A DNA stretch of 64,000 bases, taken from the NCBI RefSeq assembly GCF_009914755.1, contig NC_060928.1; one strand, written 5' to 3'. This stretch comes from the human T2T-CHM13v2.0 reference genome, Homo sapiens. Made by a program: the position numbers and the translations under genes. Below the pieces are notes generated by a model. That model searched no databases and was not told the DNA's origin. It saw only the letters and a program-made list of their open reading frames with translations. Shown here in pieces: positions 54,448 through 64,000 of the stretch. How positions within the stretch are numbered: the stretch's first letter is position 1; every line of letters begins with the position of its first letter.

Positions 54448-56308
54448 CTAAGATCATGAATAGTTGCAATACAACAAATTTTATATTTTCTTGGGAAAAT
54501 ATAAAGTCTAAAAATTGTATCAAATAAAGGTGAAAACAAGATGAGTAATTCTCCACTTCTACTGCAGCATGTTCTCTTTTTAAAACTTAAGTTGTTACTT
54601 CATGAAATGTAACATGTTCATGATTTTCAATGTGCCAAATTATAAGCAATTTCCAGTACTGGTCTGCTCAAATGCAATCAGACTACACGTTAAATTATAT
54701 CCACCCACTTTAAATATCGGTTTAAATAGGCTTTATAATTGAATTGTCTTCATTCAAATTGCTTACTTCCAAAAACGGTACTGACATAATCACAAGGCCC
54801 TTCTATTGATAAAGGCACAATCAAAACAAAAGTGCTGTGCTTTGTTCTTTTGCCTTTTTAAGCTAAGATTAAACATAGGGAAATGTGATTTCTTACTTAA
54901 AAATGTAAAAATTCATATCTGAAACAAGTGTTGTTTTCTTCAAATTAATGATCTTGGAAGGGAATATACTAACTTAGGGATGCATCCCCTCTTTCAACAG
55001 AGGCATTCACCATTCCTCTATTAAAGATACACTGATTTTCCAGTGGATTAAAGGGGATGATGAAACCAGGTAATGCTATTTTGAGTTAAAAGCACACACA
55101 CACGTAAGGGGTTGAGTCCAGTCTCTCTCCCCAACTGCAAGACTTTGTTGCAGCAGTCCCTGTATCTATTGTTATGGCCCCCCTTGAACGAAATCTGCCT
55201 TACCATCTTAAAGAAAAACACATATACACAAATAAGATATAGCTGCAAGATAATGAAACTTTCTATTTGCTTTGCTGACAAACTTACTTTCAAAATAATT
55301 CTGAGAAGATGTAAATGTGTTCTGAACTTTGATACTCATATGAATGCATAAATATTGTGATATGCACTTGAAAAAATGTCTTATCATCATACTCTGAATA
55401 GGTTTACTTCATCTGCCTATAAATATCTAAAATGAGAACACTGGTAATTATAAGCACTTTCATTCTTCTTCATTCTTCTTACTATTTGTTTAAGTTTCTG
55501 ATAATGCTATTAGGAAACTTTGTTATTAAAAATCACGAGAATTATCACTGAGTGCTTTTATCAAGCACTAAGTTTTAACAAAGCATTTAATTTAGAAAAA
55601 ATAAGTAAATAAGAACACTCTTCTTTTAAGTAGCAAAATGTCATTTTACTTCTCAGGAATAAATGAAGAAAGGAAAAAATGGAGGAAGGGAAGGAGGGAA
55701 GGGAGAGAAAGGAGAGGAAGACGACAAAAGAAAAAAAGATCACAAGGGCCTATAATCTTCTTATCCTGGTAACTCCTATTGACAGTAAAAAATAAGAACA
55801 GTAACAATGAGACACATTTCTGAGGTTTAAAAAAAGTCAAACTACGGTGAGAGAAGAAAATAGAAGTGATGTCCTATGGTTGTTTACATAATAAATCTAT
55901 CCACATTAGGAATAACTATACTTTTATTAGCAAAATAATTCATTAAAATTTAGAAACCATTATAAAACAATAATTATAAAGTATATTAATTTAGAGCTAT
56001 TTCTTCAAACCATTTTCTATTGGCATAAATAAAATATTCATCATTAGTATCCCAAAGGAATATTTTAAATATTCAGGTTAAAAGCAGAGAATGATATTGC
56101 TAATTCAAATGTGACAAATTTAGATTCATCCTGAAACAGCACAGCAAGTTAACAGGAAAATTAGAGAGCTAAAAGCCATTTCTATTATTTATTACATCAA
56201 TAATTTCTATATTCCTTGAAATAATCTACACTTTTCCTAATAAATGAAGCATGTTGATTTGCTTCCATATCACTTCATTTCTGTGTGAAATCTTATTTCA
56301 GCTCCTAC

Positions 56309-56857
56309 CTGTGCAAGTGTTTCATCCAACCATTTGGAATGATGCTGAGGATTGGCAAGAAGCCACTTGATGGCAGCATTATAGACCTGCTTTTCATTTT
56401 CAATATTTAGATCACTGGAGGACAAAAGCTTATGGAGGTGCTGCGGTGATACACTTACAAAGTCTTCACACTCCACTACTTCAGTAAAATGGTCACAGGC
56501 ATACTGATCCGCCATGTCCATTAAGTCTATTCGATTGTGACTTTCTGCAAAGGCTCTTACTGCCAGGCAATTGGAGGGATGAAAATGTAACTTCATGTAT
56601 TCACAACAAGCTCTAGCCACCAGTTCAACCTGCAGAATACAGGCTGCATATAAGAGAGGCTGGACATTGTCAACAGTCAAAGTGAGCCGTGAAGAATAGA
56701 CAAACTTTACCAAGTCTTCTATTGCATCACCATCAAAATCTCTAATCTCAATCAGCGTTTGCTTGGCTTCAGCCATTTCAGAAAGAAACATGGCTCTAAA
56801 GTAGGGAATAACACAAGCCAATACCAGCTTGTGACAAGAGATTAGCTTTGAGCCAAC
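56309..56857 (-). CDS. KLHL8: KLHL8 BTB/POZ-BACK exon (VGSKLISCHKLVLACVIPYFRAMF...WLDETLAQ)
   Basis: ttgaacag acceptor, CAG|gtagga donor, 549 nt, phase 0-0; BTB motif HKLVLA..PYFRAMF; the upstream start exon is not found in this window. Confidence 0.95.
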
Positions 56858-57031
56858 CTGTTCAAAAGAAACCAAGAAAGATTCTGTTTAATATCAAAAT
56901 CAGCTTCAGGTCAGCATTTAACATGTGTTTGTAGCAGGGACAAAATTTCCAGACAAATTTAGAGTATCTTTTTATAAGGCGATCCTTTGATCACTTACTT
57001 TCAAGTAGGCCAGTTTCTTAAAGTCAGGTAA

Positions 57032-57424
<393 letters not shown>

Positions 57425-57539
57425 TAACATACACACAACAAACCATGATTTTCTATGTTATATTTCAGGGACATTTTGTGAATTAATACCAGCAAACATC
57501 AGTTAGCACTCATTACATGCCAACCACTATTGTAAGTGC

Positions 57540-57837
57540 TTTTTTTTTTTTTTTTGAAATAGGGTCTCACCCTGTTGCCCAGGCTGGAGTGCAGTGACGT
57601 GATCATGGCTCATTGCAGCCTCAACCTGCTGGGCTCGAGCAATCCCCCAACTTAGCCTCCCCAGCAGCTAGGACTACAGGCATGTGCCACCACACCCAGC
57701 TAATTTTTGTATTTTTCAGTAGGGACAGGGTTTTGCCATGCTGCCCAGGCTGGTCTCAAACTCCTGGGCTCAAGTGATTCACGCACTTTGGCCTCCCAAA
57801 GTGCTAGGATTACAGGCATGAGCCACAGAGCCTGGCC
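57540..57837 (-). mobile_element. AluJ inserted in MIR-like sequence
   Basis: Antisense dimer, TSD taagtgctttt; MIR-like flanks. Confidence 0.9.
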
Positions 57838-58309
57838 TTCTAAGTGCTTTTCATATACTAACTCAGTTGTCCCAACATCCCTATGAGTAAGTACTATTAT
57901 TATCCACAATTTATCAATCAGAAAACTGGAGCAGAGAGTAAATATTTAGTAGTATTTACTATGAGCTCAACTGAGGTTTTTTTTTATTTTCTATTTACAT
58001 TATCTTGAAATGATATAGCTCACATAAAAGCAGTAAAAAAAAAACACTGCAATCTCATCACCTTAATTATTGAAAAATCAGATAGCTTCCAACAGTATGC
58101 TATTACAAATAGCACACTAGTGAACTTCTTTGTAACTAAATCGTTATTCACATTCTCTATTATTCCAACAGATAAATTATTGTAAGTAGAGATGCTGCTT
58201 CAAAGGATACAATGTGAATATGTGAATACATAATGTCAAACTGTCCATTTCTGAGCTTCTTACAGTATTTGCACCATATCTTGAGTGTTGTTATTGTTGT
58301 TGTTGTTGT

Positions 58310-58418
58310 ACAAAGTCTATGCTGCCCAGGTTGATCTCAAACTCCTAAGCTCATGCAATCCTCCCGCCTCGGCCTCCAAAAGTGCTAAGATTATAGGTGT
58401 GAGCCATTGTGCCCGGCC
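58310..58418 (-). mobile_element. Alu monomer (FLAM/AluJ left arm)
   Basis: Single antisense arm ending cccggcc. Confidence 0.8.
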
Positions 58419-60011
58419 ATAGTTGCCAATTTGATGAATAAAAAGATCTCATCTTTTTTTTTTTTTTTTGCTCTTAAGATTGAATCATTTATAAATTTTG
58501 AGCTATTTGTATTTCTTCTATGAACTACAAATTTTTTATTTATAAGTACTCATCATATAATCAGAGTATTAGGCATTTGTCATATATATTTCAAACTTCT
58601 CTTTTAGTTTGCTTTCAAATTTTATTCTCTTATATAAAAACCCTATGGATTTTTATGTAATTAAATGAAGTCTTTTTATTTATTGTTTTAGGTACCTGCT
58701 AGAAATGGGAATCATTCTAATATTCTATATTTACTTCACGTATTTTTTATACTACTTTTATGGTTTTATGTTTTACACTTAAATTTTTACTTACATCTGG
58801 AAGTTTTTGGTACTGAGTGGGAAGATATCTTCTTTTTAATACAGTATTTATCCCATTTTCCCAGGAGTTTATAATAATCAAATACAAGTAACAGTTATAG
58901 TACTATTTTAACAGTTTTCCTGTTTTCATGTAGTGTTTTGATTATATAATAAACAGTTGTATCTCATTATTTGAGAACTAATTTTAAAATGACAACTCCT
59001 AGAGTGTTCAAATGTATAAATGGTTTTGCTTATAAAAGCCCCTTCCTCAGTCTTTTTTCACTAATGTGGAGGAAGAAGCAGTATCACTTATTTCAGAAAG
59101 TACAAGACAATCATTTCTGTCTGTTATGCTATATTAAATTTTTTCACAGAACTCACAAGGCAGTATTTAGATTCCATTGAGACTAAAGTTGTAATGTAGA
59201 CTATAACATAAAGCTTGGCATGTTTTCAAATTCACGTCAGCTCTAAAATGGGATCTGAAATCTGATACTAAATAACTTTTAAATAGCCTAAGCATATCCT
59301 TTAAAAAATTATTTCCACATGCCACCACTGGGATTCAGTTTCTATGCAAATATTTGTAAGTCTCACATGACTTAAACCTGCTCCATTAAATAACTTGCCA
59401 ACACTCTCTTACATAATAGTATCATAAAATAGGGTTCTACAATTTCTAGATAACCATTATTTTAACACTTGCCATCCAAGCTGTACAAATCAATGGCCGG
59501 CAAGTCATTTTCATGTTGTTTTTAATAAGATTCTGTCCCTTTACAATTCCATTTGAGTCTTGATTCAAACAAACTAAAATGTGGCTATTTAACACATACA
59601 CCCCTATGTACCCTTTTAGAATAAATATCCATCTTTATTTTATAAAGATCTTTAAGCCACATGTATAAATAGGAACAGCCAAAAATTTGGCTTTTTAATG
59701 CACTGATTCTCCTTTGATGTTATATAGTTAATTACATTCCTGAAAGTTTATTTGTACATTTTCTTTCTCTGGTACAAAAAAATAATTACCAATTACCAAA
59801 ATCATTTCATTAGAAATTTGAAAATGAAAGGAATCAAAGTCTAAAGACCTGATGTTTAAAATTGGATGAAAAACACACAAGCTACATAATATTAGACATT
59901 ACCATGTATTTAGAATTATATAAATACTATATGTCCCTGATACTACTTAATTTTCTAATTTACATTCTTTCTTTGTTAGATCAGTGAACGTGTGACTAAT
60001 TCAAGATAGTA

Positions 60012-60404
60012 TTACGAAAGAAAAACCTTAGACAATTAAATTTAACGGAGTTTAACTGAGCAAAGACGGATTCAAGAATTGGGCAGTCCTGGAACAAGAA
60101 TAGGTTCAAAGACACTGGTGCTGGTGCATAGTCGAAAATTATTTACGGACAGAAAAAGGAAGGTGACACACAGAAAACGGAAGTGAGGTACAGAAACAGA
60201 CGGGTCAGTTACAGCTCAGGGTCAGCCTTACTTGAACACAGGTTGAACAACTGGTTGCCTTTAATTGGCTGAACCTCAGTGATTAGCACAAGAGTAGGTT
60301 GCAGTCTGTTTACACAACCAGTTAGGTTACAGTTTACTGTGTACAGAGAAACTTTTAGGCCAAGTTTAAAATACATAAGGTGGGAGCTTCAGGCTAAACT
60401 TAAC
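60012..60404 (-). mobile_element. ERV1 solo LTR, MER57-like
   Basis: Reverse complement begins tgttaagtttagcctgaagct and contains ctgtttctgtacctcacttccgttttctg, as recalled for MER57. Confidence 0.75.
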
Positions 60405-60802
60405 AGTACTCAGGGAAAAATCATGTCACACTTCAGTATTAAAATATGTAGAATATCAACATTCATTAAATGATTCCTTAGACTTTTGTTTAAAAAGCTT
60501 GAAATACCAACTATTAATAAAAACTTTGAGTAATTTTCCAGAGATTAGCCAATATGAATGGAAATACAATGAAAATAAGGCTTTTGGATTAGTAAAGCAC
60601 TTGACTATCAACATACAAAGCATTCCTAACTCCACTAGTTAGGACTTCATCATGGCTCGAGTGCCACTTGCTCGAGCCCGCTCCCACTCTGTGGAGTGTA
60701 CTTTCATTTCAATAAATCTGTGCTTTTGTTGCTATTGAAAAAAAAAAGAGTTAACATTTATTTTGTAAACTATCTCCACTTCACTTAAAAAAGTTTAGTA
60801 AA

Positions 60803-61138
<336 letters not shown>

Positions 61139-61401
61139 TTAGTATTATTAACCATTATATATACAGGAAAATTTTCCATATCAGTTGAAAAATGCCCTTC
61201 TACTCTAATATACTTTAACATTCATCATTAGCAACTTATGCAAGCATCTTCTTTAATATCTTTTACTCTACATGTATATTATTCATTACTATTTCAATGT
61301 TGTTTTGACATTTACATTATGACTTTTTGATTACTGTAAATACTATTATAGTGGATATACAGTTGCATAACTTTGTAGGTAATAATAATCTTGATACTTC
61401 A

Positions 61402-61935
<534 letters not shown>

Positions 61936-62244
61936 TTTTCTTTTTCTTTTTAATGTCTAAATACAATTTTAATGAGGTACAGATACATGCTCAATTTGTG
62001 ATCATGAGTTATAACAAATCACAGTTTAGTTATAATTACAAAAATAGTGAAATCAGAATGTAAAGGAAAACCTTTATAAATAAGAACATCCTCAACTTTA
62101 AAGATGGCTTAGGTTTCTACATATCTCAAGATCTGCTTTGTATTTAAAATGAATAGTGAAGAGTGTATATATAATATACAAATAAAATAACATTGTGCTT
62201 CTTAAAAGCTGTATGTAAAGGGAAATATTTTTTAAATTACTAGA

Positions 62245-62533
62245 GGCCAGGCATGGTGGCTCATGCCTGTAATCCCAGCAGTTTGGGAGGCTGAGGCAGA
62301 CAGATCGCTTGAGTCCAGGAGTTCAAGACCAGCCTGGGCAACATGGCCAAACCCCCTCTCTACAAAAAGTGCAAAAATTAACTGGGTGTGATGGTGTGCA
62401 CCTGTAGTCTCAGCTACTCAGGGGGTGGAGTAGGGTTTGGGTCCAGGAGGTGGAGGTTGCCATGACCCATGACTGCATCACTGTACTCCAGCCTGGGTGA
62501 CAGAGCAAGACCTTGTCTCAAAATAATAAAATA
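62245..62533 (+). mobile_element. AluJ
   Basis: Diverged dimer. Confidence 0.88.
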
Positions 62534-62654
62534 AGCCTATAATCCTTTCCCCTTATAAAGTAAAAAATAATTTACTATTCCTTCATTCTTACAGTTTTAT
62601 TTTTATTTTAAATTTATATTTTTCTTTTATTGTAAATATATATACATATTTTGC

Positions 62655-63510
62655 TTTTTTCAACTTTTACTTTAGAATTAGGGGTGCATGTGTAGGTCTG
62701 TTGCATAGATATATTGCATCATGCTGAGGTTTGGTGTATAAATGAATCTATAACCCAGGTAGTGAGCATAATACACAACATAAAATAAACAGTTTATTTC
62801 AATTCATACCCCCACCGCCTTCCCTCCTTCCCCCATATTGTATCCACCACTATTTTTCCCATTTTCATGACCATGTTTACTCAATATTTAGTTCCCACTT
62901 ACAAGTGGGAACAAGTGGTATTTGGTTTTCTGCTTCTTTATTAGTTCACTTAGGATAATGGTTTCCAGCTGCGTGTATGTTGCTGCAAATAACATGATTT
63001 CATTCTTTTCTATGGTTGTGTAGTATTCCACAGTGTATATATAACACATTTTCCATATCCAATCCACCACTGATGGGCACCTGGGCTGATTCCATATCTT
63101 TGCTATTTGTGAATAGCACTGCAATGAACATGCGGGTATATGTGTCTTTTTGATAGAATGATTTATTTTCCTCTGGGTATATACCCACTAGGAGGATTGC
63201 TGGGTTGAATGGTAGTTCAAGTCTCAGTTCTTTGAGAAGTATCCAAACTGCTCTCCACAGTGGCTGAACTAATCTACATTCCCACCAACAGTGTATAAGT
63301 GTTCCCTTCTCTCCACAGCCTTGCCAACATCTGTTATTTTTTGACTTTTTAACAAAAGCCATTCTGACTGATGTGAGATGGTATCTCTTTGTGGTTCTGG
63401 TTTGCATTCTTCTAATGACTGGTGATGATGAGTTATTTTTTCATGTATTTGTTGGCCACTTGTGGGTCTTCTTTTGAGAAGTATATGTTCATGTCCTTTG
63501 CCTACTTTTT
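62655..63510 (-). mobile_element. L1PA/L1PB 3' end (ORF2 C-terminus plus 3'UTR)
   Basis: ORF 63000..63407 is the L1 ORF2 cysteine-rich C-terminus ([35 protein letters not shown]). Confidence 0.93.
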
Positions 63511-63960
63511 ACTGTACCTTTTCTGTTTAGATATGTTTAGATAAATACCATTGTGTTACAACTGCATACAGTTTTCAGTATGGTAATAGGCTACGCAGGC
63601 TTATATCCCAGCAACAACAAGCTATACCATATAGCCTATGTACGTAGCTTATACTACACACGTAGGCTGTAGTAAGCAGTTCTAATACAGTCATGTGTCA
63701 TTGAAGGATGGGGATACATTCTGAGAAATGTGTCAGGTGATTTTATCATTGTGCAAATATCACAGAATGTACTTACACAAATCTAGATGGTATAGCCTAT
63801 TACATACCTGGGCTATATGGTACAGCCTGTTGCTCTCAGACTACAAACCTGCATGGCTTATTACTGTACTGCACACTGTAGGCAACTGAAACAGAATGGT
63901 AACTATCTGCATATCTAAACATATAAACATAGGAAAGGTACAGTAAAAATACAGTATAAG
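63510..63960. mobile_element. Two Tigger3/MER7-like fragments in opposite orientation
   Basis: tactgtaccttttctgtttagatatgtttagat (63510-) versus atctaaacatataaacataggaaaggtacagta (~63912-63945); TIR cagtcatg at ~63689. Confidence 0.75.
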
Positions 63961-64000
63961 GTATTTTTTTTAAAGTACACCCGTATAAGGTATTTGCTAT

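Overview
Primate (most likely human) genomic DNA, not prokaryotic. The window holds two convergent genes. The + strand carries the last five coding exons of AFF1 (AF4) at 2154-6771 and its ~5.3 kb, nearly transposon-free 3'UTR to ~12100. The - strand carries the last eight coding exons of KLHL8 (BTB-BACK-6xKelch) at 56857-34582 and its 3'UTR to ~31170. I assembled the exons by hand: all junctions are GT-AG and the phases give continuous ORFs. The ~19 kb intergenic gap and the introns are rich in Alu, L1, MER and LTR remnants, which explain most of the ORF track. The main feature the ORF track hides is a near full-length, dead retrocopy of the nuclear UNG2 uracil-DNA glycosylase mRNA, with poly(A) and TSD, antisense in a KLHL8 intron (37846-40039). 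Other points of interest are a NAGNAG acceptor and an open alternative frame in AFF1, a strong intergenic CTCF motif, a ~53-bp direct repeat bracketing a KLHL8 exon, a 34-bp TSD-flanked mini retro-insert and a three-arm Alu. I found no convincing evidence of a wholly new biological system. Gene and repeat names come from recalled sequences, not database searches, and repeat boundaries are approximate.
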